Source of the DNA: Fidelibacterota bacterium
GTDB lineage: Bacteria > Fidelibacterota > UBA8477 > JABMPR01
Direction of reading: 5' to 3'
Length of the DNA: 64,000 nucleotides
Assembly (NCBI GenBank): GCA_016784025.1
Contig: JADHVL010000002.1
Span: 52,490-116,489, forward strand
The first letter of the stretch is position 1, and every line of letters starts with the position of its first letter. The notes under the pieces are model-generated. The model was not told where the DNA came from. It did no database searches and saw only the letters and a list, made by a program, of their open reading frames with translations. The translations under genes and the position numbers were made by a program. This document shows positions 17,837 through 27,193 of this stretch, piece after piece.

Positions 17837-18979
17837 TTATGAGTGCCTACACTTTTTCCATTCAATAAAGATGAGAGCAGTTAAACCTGTGGCGATAATA
17901 GCAAAAGCTACAGCAGGAGGTTGTCCCACCGAAAAAGCGATACCGATTGCTGACATCAAGACAATTAGCATACGGGGGACCAGAAATAATTTGCTCATTC
18001 GCCACACAGAAGCGGCGGTGAAGGATACAAAAAGTACGTAGCCACCACCTAATGCCAACGCAACTGGAAGAGAGAGTACATCATGGGGATGACTGATAAT
18101 TTTCTCGAAACCTATGGCTATACCAATAATGCCACATATGAGAGGGAAATGCATCACGCTGTATGCATCCCTTGCAACACGACCTTGCTCACCTCTCTTT
18201 GTTTTTGCGAAATGCTCTTCGAGATGTTCATTAATCCACGAAAAATAGCTCCACCATAACAGGCAGGTAACCAGGACTGCCAGCCCGCCATTGACTAGAA
18301 GTGCCTGTGTTCGCTCTTGAATATCGATTGCGCTGGCTGCTACAATGAGGGATTCCCCCAAGGCAATAATCACAATCAGACCGTGACGTTCAGCAAAATG
18401 CTTTGGTCTCAATTTGAAACCGTCTGAGCGCCCTCCAATTCCACTTGCCATCAAATCAAGTGCAATGGCTGCCAGCCACCATATAATTCGTTGAGAGGGA
18501 GATACCAATGCGCCGCCAATCACAGCAGCCAGACCGGTAATTGAAAGAACTGCGAACATGGTGGCTGCAGATTGTTGGTCTTTATGATTCGAAGTAACTC
18601 GAATATACAATCCCAGGCCTAATACTCTGATAATGACATATGGAATGGCGAACCACATCACTTTGTCGCTGAAGGCTTCACTAATAGAAGCTGCCAGGAC
18701 AAAGGCTACAGCAGTAGCAATCAAGACCCCCATTCTGACTTCAGCAATTCTGGTGTTGGCTGCATTTAAAGCCCAGGTGAATTGTGTCCAACCCCACCAA
18801 ATCAGCCAGAAGATTAATATGGATTGGACCACACTTATCACACTAAAATGTTCTGCTGTAATGCCAGTGATTCTGGTAATGGCAAAGACAAAAACCAGAT
18901 CAAAGAAGAGTTCGACAAAATCAGCACCTTGCTCATCAGGTGAAACCAAATGCTCAACTGGGGTTAGTATTTTTTTCAT
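17837..18979 (-). CDS. ltrA: Low temperature requirement protein A family
   Basis: ELFFDLVFVFAI, WWGW, HFAERHGLIVIIALGES and LWWSYF motifs. Confidence 0.9.
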   Translation of the reverse strand: MKKILTPVEHLVSPDEQGADFVELFFDLVFVFAITRITGITAEHFSVISVVQSILIFWLIWWGWTQFTWALNAANTRIAEVRMGVLIATAVAFVLAASISEAFSDKVMWFAIPYVIIRVLGLGLYIRVTSNHKDQQSAATMFAVLSITGLAAVIGGALVSPSQRIIWWLAAIALDLMASGIGGRSDGFKLRPKHFAERHGLIVIIALGESLIVAASAIDIQERTQALLVNGGLAVLVTCLLWWSYFSWINEHLEEHFAKTKRGEQGRVARDAYSVMHFPLICGIIGIAIGFEKIISHPHDVLSLPVALALGGGYVLFVSFTAASVWRMSKLFLVPRMLIVLMSAIGIAFSVGQPPAVAFAIIATGLTALIFIEWKKCRHS

Positions 18980-19082
18980 AAGTAATTTTTGCTCTTTCAG
19001 GTTGATGTTTAGAGTTGTCCAAATAATAATCTAGAATCTGAATCTTGGAGCTAACCATGTTGATTAAAACTTTGGGAGAGAC

Positions 19083-20657
19083 TTATTCTAGCATATCCAT
19101 ATCCCTATTCCCGGGTTTAGGGTGAATGAAGATCAAAGCCATTAGCCCGCCCAGGAATGTTAGAAGGGAAGCTGTGTAAGCCACTCTATTAAACGCTAAA
19201 ATAAACGAAGTTTTAAAAAGGTGCTCTACGACTGTCTTCTGGTCATCTGGAAGCGAGGTAGGGACCTCAGCTCCTGCAAATTTTGAAGCTTCCAGCCTGA
19301 TCTCATTTTTAATCGACTCAGATATTTGCATAAGACCCAGGTTCTTCTCAACGGAATTGTTGAAGTAGAACAAAACAAGGGCCCCCAATAATGCTACAGC
19401 AAGTACACCGGCTGCTCTGGCCACAGTATTATTAATCCCCGATGCAATTCCCGCATTATTTGGAGAGACAGCACCCATTACTGCAGATGTCAGAGGTGCA
19501 ACTGTGATACCCATTCCCACGCCTAGCAGGCAAAAAGAAATAAAGAAGGTTTGCCAATAATCAACTGGACCCTGTGTGATCCCATAAGTTGAAAAAAGAA
19601 AAAAACCAGCACTGGCAAACAGGGGTCCTATAATGAGGGGTAATCGAACACCTCTCTTATCCACATATTGTCCCATAAGTGGAGATATACTTGCTATGGA
19701 GATAATCATGGGCAACATGGCCATCCCTGCATAAATCTCACTGTAGTTTTGAATCTGGATTAAATTCAAGGGTAAAAAGAACAAAGCACCACCTAGTGCG
19801 CCATAGACAAACAGAGTTAACAGATTACCCCCGCTAAATGTGGACGATCGGAATAATTTCAAAGGCATCATGGGATGTTTTGATGTGTACTCTACTCTGA
19901 TAAATGCCGTCAGAGCTAATATGCCTACAATGAGAGAGGTGATGATTATGGGATTTCCCAGACCTTGTTTGGGAGATTCGATAAGCCCATATGTAATGCC
20001 CACGAGACCAAGGGTCACCCACAAAGCACCCCACACATCTAATTTTTTAGCGTCAGGATTGACCGATTCAGGCACCTTGGCCAGCATGGTGATCAATACA
20101 ATAAGGGAAAGTGGGATGTTAATAATAAATATAATTCTCCACCACCCCATACCGGCTAACCAGCCACCTAAAATGGGCCCAAATACAGCTGTGAGGGCAC
20201 TAAAGGTAGACCAGAGCCCGATGGCGCGACCGCGACTATCTGATCCAAATTGAGAGCTTAGTATTGAAAGACTGCCCGGCGTCAGTAAGGCTGCACCGAC
20301 TCCTTGAAAGGAACGGGCAACAATCAATTGAAGTGGGGTTTGGGAGATGCCACAGACAAGTGAGGATAGGGAAAATAAACCGAGCCCCATCAAGAATACT
20401 TTATTGCGACCGTACAGATCTCCAAGTGAACCACCGACCAACAATAAAGCGGAGAGAAACAGGGCATACCCATTGATTACCCATAGTAATTGTGTCGCAG
20501 AAATGCCCAGGTCCTCTTGAAGAGCAGGAAGAGCAATATTCAGCGCTGTACTGTCTATAAACACCAGACTGGAGGCCAAAATGGTTGCCAATAAAGTCCA
20601 TTTTTGGGTTGCTGTGAAACGAGATATTTCACCCGATGGAGAGGATTTACCTGTCAT
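19083..20657 (-). CDS. MFS transporter, DHA2/EmrB-like (14 TM)
   Basis: DSTALNIALP, GGSLGDLYGR, RSFQGVGAALLTP and GPILGG motifs. Confidence 0.9.
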   Translation of the reverse strand: MTGKSSPSGEISRFTATQKWTLLATILASSLVFIDSTALNIALPALQEDLGISATQLLWVINGYALFLSALLLVGGSLGDLYGRNKVFLMGLGLFSLSSLVCGISQTPLQLIVARSFQGVGAALLTPGSLSILSSQFGSDSRGRAIGLWSTFSALTAVFGPILGGWLAGMGWWRIIFIINIPLSLIVLITMLAKVPESVNPDAKKLDVWGALWVTLGLVGITYGLIESPKQGLGNPIIITSLIVGILALTAFIRVEYTSKHPMMPLKLFRSSTFSGGNLLTLFVYGALGGALFFLPLNLIQIQNYSEIYAGMAMLPMIISIASISPLMGQYVDKRGVRLPLIIGPLFASAGFFLFSTYGITQGPVDYWQTFFISFCLLGVGMGITVAPLTSAVMGAVSPNNAGIASGINNTVARAAGVLAVALLGALVLFYFNNSVEKNLGLMQISESIKNEIRLEASKFAGAEVPTSLPDDQKTVVEHLFKTSFILAFNRVAYTASLLTFLGGLMALIFIHPKPGNRDMDMLE

Positions 20658-20757
20658 AATTTGTTCGGATCGGATAGTTCACCGTCAAGAGTTAAACCTC
20701 CCCTGCCCACTTGGTGAAAAATGTATGCCCGCTTACCTCCCACACCTTCGGATATGA

Positions 20758-21252
20758 TTACTCCTGTGAAGTTTCGGGTTTTGCCTTCAGGAAAAAAGCC
20801 ACAACAGCACTTGTGATAACTCCCATAACCGGTGCAAATATTGTACTCTGAATGATATAATTTTTGAGGTTGAAATATGCCTCTGCATCTGCCTGGGAAG
20901 TCAAGTTATTGGCAACTCCATAGGCTATGGCATTCTCAAAATAATGTGGACTAATGACATAAGCGGTAATCAGTTGTCCAAAGGGGCTTAACACACCAAC
21001 AATAAGTGAAATAACAACTCCACTCATAAAGCCCTCTTTGTATGTCATTTTACCACCAAAATCGGTGGCCCGCTTATTCCTTAAAGCGAACACATAAACT
21101 GCGATGGCAATAGGTGCAAAAACGTTGGTATAGGTTGCATGTTTGTCAATATGAGTACTATGAAGACCTGTAAGACGTTCCAGGAGCATCCAGACCAGGG
21201 TCACACCCATAAAGATGAGCCCCCATTTTATCTCTGTTTTATATTTCTGCAT
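20758..21252 (-). CDS. DUF4199-like membrane protein
   Basis: Four hydrophobic segments; GG.MTYKEGF.SG pattern. Confidence 0.65.
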   Translation of the reverse strand: MQKYKTEIKWGLIFMGVTLVWMLLERLTGLHSTHIDKHATYTNVFAPIAIAVYVFALRNKRATDFGGKMTYKEGFMSGVVISLIVGVLSPFGQLITAYVISPHYFENAIAYGVANNLTSQADAEAYFNLKNYIIQSTIFAPVMGVITSAVVAFFLKAKPETSQE

Positions 21253-21260
21253 GATGCCTC

Positions 21261-21638
21261 CTATTGCCTGGAGTGGATTCCGATGGAATTACCTTCACTA
21301 TCTTCAAGGATGGCCACAAAGCCATGTTCTCCAATGGCATGTTTGGGCACTAGGACCTTGCCTCCGGCTGCAACCACACGACCTTCCTCCTGAGCACAAT
21401 CGGCTGAGTTGAAGTAGACCATAGTTCCACCCTTGCCTGGTGAGTATCCATCACTCTTTACCAGTGCGCCAGCTGCATAAAGACCGTTTTCAACTCCAGG
21501 GAATCCTAAGAGCTGTTCACCACCAAAACTAAAATCTGTGAACTCCCCACACGCTAATACTGCCATATAAAAATTGACTGCTCTATCCATATCCTCGACA
21601 TAGATCTCAAACCAACCAACTACATTTGCTTGACTCAT
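21261..21638 (-). CDS. VOC/glyoxalase family protein
   Basis: VGWFEIYV.DMDRA..FY, AAGGKV..PK..IGEHGF....DSEGN.IG.H. Confidence 0.9.
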   Translation of the reverse strand: MSQANVVGWFEIYVEDMDRAVNFYMAVLACGEFTDFSFGGEQLLGFPGVENGLYAAGALVKSDGYSPGKGGTMVYFNSADCAQEEGRVVAAGGKVLVPKHAIGEHGFVAILEDSEGNSIGIHSRQ

Positions 21639-21737
21639 AATAGCTCCTTAACTTGAATAAATACATGACTCCAATGGTCACCTATTAATATTCACCTCAT
21701 TCAGATGAAATACAAGTCCGTTTAGAGTTTCAGCTTT

Positions 21738-22331
21738 TCAGCGACGATATTTATCAGAAAGACCCACACCATCCAGGATCATTGAAGTGATTTTTTCCAG
21801 GCGATTGAGTTTTGTTTCTACTCGTTTTGCGTTAGAAATATATTCAGCATACTCCCGTCGTTTTGAAAGGGTAAATGCATCAAAACTAGAGCGAAATTTT
21901 GTATCTGATTTTAAAACTTTCTCAAGTTCTTCAGGGATAATGAGAGGTTTCCTGGTATCTGCCTTGATTTCTTTACCAGACCTATGGTTCTCAATTGCCT
22001 CAAGAGTATAGGACCTCACAATGGTAGCATTTATCTCATCAATATGATGGAAGCGCATTTGTCGTTGAGCTTTAGTCACACCCTCCTGGGCATTTACTAA
22101 AAGCGCTTTTTCATCTTTGAGTAAAGCACCTTGGTAATACCATAAACTGACAAATGATTTATAACCACCAATACTAACAATGTTCTTTTTCTCATGCATG
22201 TAAACAGGACCACCCCACTTGATGGTCTCTTCTAAACCCAGTTCTAACAAAATCTTCCTAAGTTTTGATAGAGCCTCAGCCCATTGGGGTTGATTCTGGA
22301 TGTATTGTTCAACACTGGTGGCTCTATACAT
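21738..22331 (-). CDS. DUF1801 / YdeI-OmdA family protein
   Basis: LEETIKWGGPVY N-terminal domain; IPEEL...F..FT.SKRREY...I..AKR.ETK..RL C-terminal domain. Confidence 0.85.
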   Translation of the reverse strand: MYRATSVEQYIQNQPQWAEALSKLRKILLELGLEETIKWGGPVYMHEKKNIVSIGGYKSFVSLWYYQGALLKDEKALLVNAQEGVTKAQRQMRFHHIDEINATIVRSYTLEAIENHRSGKEIKADTRKPLIIPEELEKVLKSDTKFRSSFDAFTLSKRREYAEYISNAKRVETKLNRLEKITSMILDGVGLSDKYRR

Positions 22332-22356
22332 GTTACGACTATTGGGAAGCCAGGAG

Positions 22357-23634
22357 CTACCTCCCGCGATGGCTCACAAGTTTATTCAGGAAAGTTGATT
22401 TTAGTGGCTCAATGGCCATGAGTGCTTTCACCGGAGAGGTTTTTTCAAGTACACTTAATACCCTGCCAAGGGTTCGATGACTAAATCCATCGTAGTCATA
22501 AAAGATTAAATCAGAAAGCTTGCCTCGCTCTATTGCCATGTTAGCATATTTATCGAAGCTACTTTCAGGTGTGTAGATTCTTTGTGGGCGTGCCTTCATC
22601 GTTGCAGAACCTGTGGTACAATAGGTTGGGCAGACACCGCAACCGAGACAAACCTCTTCATCCCTGGAAGCTTTCTGCTTCTTGCGCCCATTTTTTTCAT
22701 ATTTTACCATCTCAATGGCATCTACTGGACAGGCAGATTCGCATTTTGCACAACCGCTACAGGTTTCCTCATTGATATCCAGAATCCAGCTGGATGACAC
22801 GATGGCATTGTTCATATCAAAAGTTTTGATGGCCTCCATCATCCCACAACAACAGCCACAACAATTACAGATATAACTCAGATCGTTCTGAACATTGTCT
22901 CCCGTCTGAGCTAACCCAGCTTTCTTGCTCATTTCCAGAAGTCTCATGGATTCAGATTCTGAGATGTGCTGAGCCAGGCCATTGTGAACCAGAACATCTG
23001 CTGCCCCACCAAATGAGAGACAATTGCTTTGCTCATGGTCACATGCCGTGCCTAAATGTTCAGCTTTATGGCGACAGGCACACAGAGAAACCGCGTGCGA
23101 GCTGGCGTTTTTGACTACATGGGATGCGCGATCGTAATCCAGTATTTCAATGTGATCCCCCTGGGGCAAAGATTCTTCTCTGGGTAAAGACCGCCCCACC
23201 TGAGTTTGTCCCTCAAATACTGCCCGGCTGAAGCGATCATTCTCCAGCATATATTTTTCAAATAATCGGGCAATTTCGGCCATGGGAGCATCAGGTCTGG
23301 AGCGCATAAATGTATATTCAAAAAAACCGATGACCACAGGGGGGAGGGCAACATAACGACGACCTTTATGCTCGATATCCACCACCAGGCCGCGATGGGC
23401 TAAATCCTGAATCAGGTCATTCAGCTTGGCTTCATCCATCTTGAGTTTTTCAGCCAATTTGGAGGTACGAGTTGGTATGGTGGGGAAACGACGCACGAGC
23501 CGGGCTTCGTCAGGAGTGAATAGAAGTTCTAATATTTTGGTGAAGGTTGGTGATGCAGGTGCGCCTGTGATGTGACGATCAAAACGTTGCTGAAGTAGGC
23601 GATAGTCTCGGTGCTCACTGACAATATGTCCCAT
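22357..23634 (-). CDS. 4Fe-4S dicluster-containing protein with N-terminal HTH-like region
   Basis: CACR...C.....C, ICNCCGCCCG, CSGCAKCESACP and CLGCGVCPTYC motifs. Confidence 0.85.
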   Translation of the reverse strand: MGHIVSEHRDYRLLQQRFDRHITGAPASPTFTKILELLFTPDEARLVRRFPTIPTRTSKLAEKLKMDEAKLNDLIQDLAHRGLVVDIEHKGRRYVALPPVVIGFFEYTFMRSRPDAPMAEIARLFEKYMLENDRFSRAVFEGQTQVGRSLPREESLPQGDHIEILDYDRASHVVKNASSHAVSLCACRHKAEHLGTACDHEQSNCLSFGGAADVLVHNGLAQHISESESMRLLEMSKKAGLAQTGDNVQNDLSYICNCCGCCCGMMEAIKTFDMNNAIVSSSWILDINEETCSGCAKCESACPVDAIEMVKYEKNGRKKQKASRDEEVCLGCGVCPTYCTTGSATMKARPQRIYTPESSFDKYANMAIERGKLSDLIFYDYDGFSHRTLGRVLSVLEKTSPVKALMAIEPLKSTFLNKLVSHRGR

Positions 23635-23975
23635 TGTTCCCTCAAATTGAATTAGCGGATAATATAGGTGCGAAGCGCAACAATATATGCCCTGTTTTTA
23701 ATTGAAAGAGCTTGGCCTTGGGAGACCTTTTGCTATATTGCTCCACATGAGAGCTGGCATTCATGTGACCCCAAATTCCCCACTCATCTCCGACCTCTCA
23801 AAAACAACAACCCTGGCAGGTTATGCCTTAAACCGATGGAAGCTTCACAAGCGCTAGACCATGCATTTTAAGGTGGAACATATCAGTACCAACGCTTTCA
23901 CACCGGCACTGGCTCTACCAGCAAAACAGTCACCATCTAACTTACAGTCAATTAAAAGAAATATTTGAGGATTCT

Positions 23976-25598
23976 ATGGAAGCGCATCAAGCCAAACATA
24001 TCATTGTAACAGGGGGTGTCATCTCCGGTCTTGGAAAAGGTATTGCGGCTGCTTCCCTGGGAATGTTGTTGGAGCTAAAGAATAAGAAAGTCACTATCCA
24101 GAAACTGGATCCCTACCTGAATGTTGATCCTGGCACGATGAATCCATTTCAACACGGAGAAGTTTTTGTCCTGGATGATGGAACCGAAACCGATCTGGAT
24201 TTAGGTCACTACGAACGGTTTATTGATGCAGACATGACCAAGGCCAACAACAGTACGGCTGGTAGTATCTACTATGAGGTCCTGGAAAGAGAACGTCGCG
24301 GGGATTACCTCGGTGGAACTGTACAAATCATTCCTCATGTAACTGATGAAATCATTAAAAGAATTGAAAAGCCAGAACGAATTGATCCTGATCTTGATGT
24401 GGTTATCACGGAAATTGGTGGTACGGTTGGTGATATCGAAAGTCTTTCATTTCTTGAGGCAGTGCGCCAATTTCAACAGGCACGTGGTCGTGAGAATGTC
24501 ATCATCCTGCATGTTACCCTTATTCCATACATTGAAGCCAGTGAAGAGCTAAAAACGAAACCCAGTCAGCATTCCGTCATGCGCTTAAGAGAAATCGGTT
24601 TGCAGCCAGATATACTTTTCTGTCGCACACAGCACGAGCTAACAGATGATGTGAGACAGAAACTAGCCCTTTTCACAAATGTAAAACCCAATGCTGTCAT
24701 CCAGGGTCTGGATGCAAAATCAATTTATGAAGTCCCCCTCTTACTGCAAAAAGAACACCTTGCTGGTATTGTTATGGAAAAACTCCAGATGGAAAACGTT
24801 GAGTCTGATACCTCAAAATGGGAACAATTTGTTCATCATATTTTGAATCCAGAAGATGAAATCACAGTGGCCGTCGCAGGTAAATACACCGCCATGGTGG
24901 ATGCATATAAGAGCATCATTGAATCCTTTATTCATTCTGGAGTTGACAATCGCTGTAAAGTGAATATTGAATTTGTGGATGCTGAAGATCTTGAGTCCGA
25001 CTCTGGTTTGGAAAAAGTATTGGGGCATGTCCATGGAATTCTAATTCCCGGTGGTTTTGGCTCACGAGGTATCGAAGGCAAAATTCGGGCGGCTCAATAT
25101 GCCAGAGAAAAGCAAGTCCCGTTTCTGGGCCTGTGTCTCGGCTTGCAGGTAGCAGTCATTGAATACGCAAGGAATATGATGGGTCTTAGCGATGCAGACT
25201 CTGAAGAGTTTTCAGAAACCACTCCTCATCCGGTCATTCACCTCATGCTCTCACAACATCATGTGACCCACAAAGGTGCCAGCATGCGCTTAGGCGCTTA
25301 TGATTGTGTCCTGAAAGAGGGGACCAAAGCTTTCGAGGCCTACGGTGAAGTAAATGTTTCAGAGCGTCATCGTCATCGCTTTGAGGTGAACAATGCCTAT
25401 CGAGATCAATTGGAAAAAGCTGGTATGATCATTTCTGGAGCATCCCCGGATGATGAGCTGGTTGAGATGGTTGAAATAGCAGATCATCCTTGGTTTGTTG
25501 CAACTCAAGCCCACCCTGAGTTCAAGTCCAGAGTAGCTAAAACCCATCCCTTGTTTAAAGATTTTGTGAAAGCATCACTTCATTTTAAGAATCATTAG
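23976..25598 (+). CDS. pyrG: CTP synthase
   Basis: TGGVISGLGKG, DPYLNVDPGTMNPFQHGEVFV, LGLCLG and QAHPEF motifs. Confidence 0.98.
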   Translation: MEAHQAKHIIVTGGVISGLGKGIAAASLGMLLELKNKKVTIQKLDPYLNVDPGTMNPFQHGEVFVLDDGTETDLDLGHYERFIDADMTKANNSTAGSIYYEVLERERRGDYLGGTVQIIPHVTDEIIKRIEKPERIDPDLDVVITEIGGTVGDIESLSFLEAVRQFQQARGRENVIILHVTLIPYIEASEELKTKPSQHSVMRLREIGLQPDILFCRTQHELTDDVRQKLALFTNVKPNAVIQGLDAKSIYEVPLLLQKEHLAGIVMEKLQMENVESDTSKWEQFVHHILNPEDEITVAVAGKYTAMVDAYKSIIESFIHSGVDNRCKVNIEFVDAEDLESDSGLEKVLGHVHGILIPGGFGSRGIEGKIRAAQYAREKQVPFLGLCLGLQVAVIEYARNMMGLSDADSEEFSETTPHPVIHLMLSQHHVTHKGASMRLGAYDCVLKEGTKAFEAYGEVNVSERHRHRFEVNNAYRDQLEKAGMIISGASPDDELVEMVEIADHPWFVATQAHPEFKSRVAKTHPLFKDFVKASLHFKNH

Positions 25599-25764
25599 GA
25601 GCATCAGGCTTTAGATCCAGTTCGATCCTTTTTTAATAAAAAGAAGTCAATTTCACCAAAAATATATTTAATTTAAAGCCTGAACAGCTAACCCAAACTC
25701 AGTCGAATTCATCATCTTGTGCCGTTGGGCACCAATATCCAATTATCAAATTCAGGAGTATGTC

Positions 25765-26448
25765 ATGCAGGCAAAGACTGTAGCAAGTTCAGGTCATCGA
25801 CAGAGATTAAGAGATCGATTTTTCCAAAATGGGATTGAATCCTTCCATGATTATGAAGTCCTGGAGCTCTTACTCACCCTGGCAACGCCCAGGAAAGACA
25901 TGAAGCCCCAGGCCAAAGAACTTATCCGACGATTTGGAAGTCTGGCTGGCGTATTGGAAGCTCCTACCTCAGTCCTCCTCGATGTAAAAGGGATGGGCCA
26001 TACAAATGTTTTTGTACTCAAACTTCCCCACGCAGTTGGCCGGAGGTACTTATTTGAACAGGCAAAGGGCAAAGATTATCTGAGATCCAGTAAAACAGTG
26101 AGGGATTATCTAACCCATAACTTACGTGAAAGAAATCGTGAGATTTTTATGGTCATCTTCCTGGATGGTCAAAATCAGATTATCAAAATGGAGGAGCTTT
26201 TTACTGGATCGCTCACCACTTCGGCTATCTACCCAAGGGAAGTCATTCAAAAGGTCTTGAGCTATGATGCAGCCAGTGTCATTCTGGTTCACAACCACCC
26301 CTCAGGTTCACTCACCCCCTCTGGTAGTGACCGGGCTGTGACTAAAAAACTGAAAGTAGCCCTGGCTTCCATTGATGTAGAAATTCTTGATCATCTCATT
26401 GTAGGGGGCAACGATTTTTTCTCATTCGCAGATCATCGACTTTTGTAA
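25765..26448 (+). CDS. radC: RadC family protein (HhH + JAB/MPN domain)
   Basis: GHRQRLR, ELLELLL-like segment, E...HNHPSG...PS..D and LDHLIVG motifs. ATG 25765 follows AGGAG. Confidence 0.93.
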   Translation: MQAKTVASSGHRQRLRDRFFQNGIESFHDYEVLELLLTLATPRKDMKPQAKELIRRFGSLAGVLEAPTSVLLDVKGMGHTNVFVLKLPHAVGRRYLFEQAKGKDYLRSSKTVRDYLTHNLRERNREIFMVIFLDGQNQIIKMEELFTGSLTTSAIYPREVIQKVLSYDAASVILVHNHPSGSLTPSGSDRAVTKKLKVALASIDVEILDHLIVGGNDFFSFADHRLL

Positions 26449-26566
26449 GATCCCTGAGAAATTTTAATCGCAGCCAATAAAAGCTGGAAGCATATTCAAC
26501 GTGATGTCCAGTATTGTATCTTCTTATTTTATCTAAACCTACGACTCTACCAAACCATGTTTTATA

Positions 26567-26594
26567 TTGACAATTATTAATTGTGATATATATT
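26567..26594 (+). promoter_or_regulatory. Putative sigma70-type promoter for the RadC-like lipoprotein / cytochrome c pair
   Basis: TTGACA (26567-26572), 16-nt spacer, TATATT (26589-26594). The -35 overlaps TTGAC-N4-ATTAA, an imperfect FNR/CRP-family-like palindrome. Confidence 0.45.
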
Positions 26595-26631
26595 CTCATC
26601 ATTAAGATTCAATGACGACCGGGGAGATTGT

Positions 26632-27180
26632 TTGAGAAATATATATCTAATTCTATTGGTGGCAGGTTTATCATCTTGTGGTTTGCCCCCCAAAGCGGAT
26701 TCAAATCCGCACCACTCATCAAGGCGAGCTCACACAGGTAAATACATCACTGAACAGACACATGTTGCCGGTAGTCGCAATCTCTTTGTCCAGCCTGACG
26801 GCAAACATTGTCTTAACTCCAGTAAAGCAGTGACAGAATATTTTAATGAGCGCCATCGAGAACGTAATCGAGATGCTGTTTTTATTATTCTCCTTGATGG
26901 AAAAAACCAGGTTTTAAATATGGATGAGTTAGGCTCAGAAATCTTCACAGCACCATCAATTTACATGTCGGAAGTGACACAAAAAGCAACCGACATTGAA
27001 GCCACCTCTGTGATTCTTGTACAATGCCTCCCCACACGATCATCAACACCCTACAATAACGACCGAGAGCTTTCAAAAAATTTGAAACTGGCTCTTGGAA
27101 CCATCAATGTGGGCTTGCTTGATCATCTTATTATTGGCCGCAATAAGTGCTTTTCCTTTGCTGACAATCAACTTCTATAA
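26632..27180 (+). CDS. Putative lipoprotein with a degenerate RadC-like JAB domain (tandem paralogue of radC)
   Basis: TTG start after GGGGAG; signal MRNIYLILLVAGLSSC. The C-terminal 126 aa align without gaps to the neighbouring RadC (62 identities by hand count). HNH is replaced by QCL. Confidence 0.75.
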   Translation: MRNIYLILLVAGLSSCGLPPKADSNPHHSSRRAHTGKYITEQTHVAGSRNLFVQPDGKHCLNSSKAVTEYFNERHRERNRDAVFIILLDGKNQVLNMDELGSEIFTAPSIYMSEVTQKATDIEATSVILVQCLPTRSSTPYNNDRELSKNLKLALGTINVGLLDHLIIGRNKCFSFADNQLL

Positions 27181-27193
27181 AAGCGAAAATATT

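Noticed and set aside
9161..23634. Integron cassette array explaining the long minus-strand run of small accessory genes
   Set aside because: No repeated attC-like palindromes between genes, no integrase, and the run includes housekeeping genes (ppc, helicases).
25765..27180. radC as a marker of a prophage or ICE
   Set aside because: This is the full-length chromosomal-type RadC next to pyrG; no integrase, phage or conjugation genes and no att repeats were seen.
27095..27193. N-terminal extension of the cytochrome c ORF given in the track
   Set aside because: Overlaps the RadC-like gene; ATG 27194 gives a clean lipoprotein signal.
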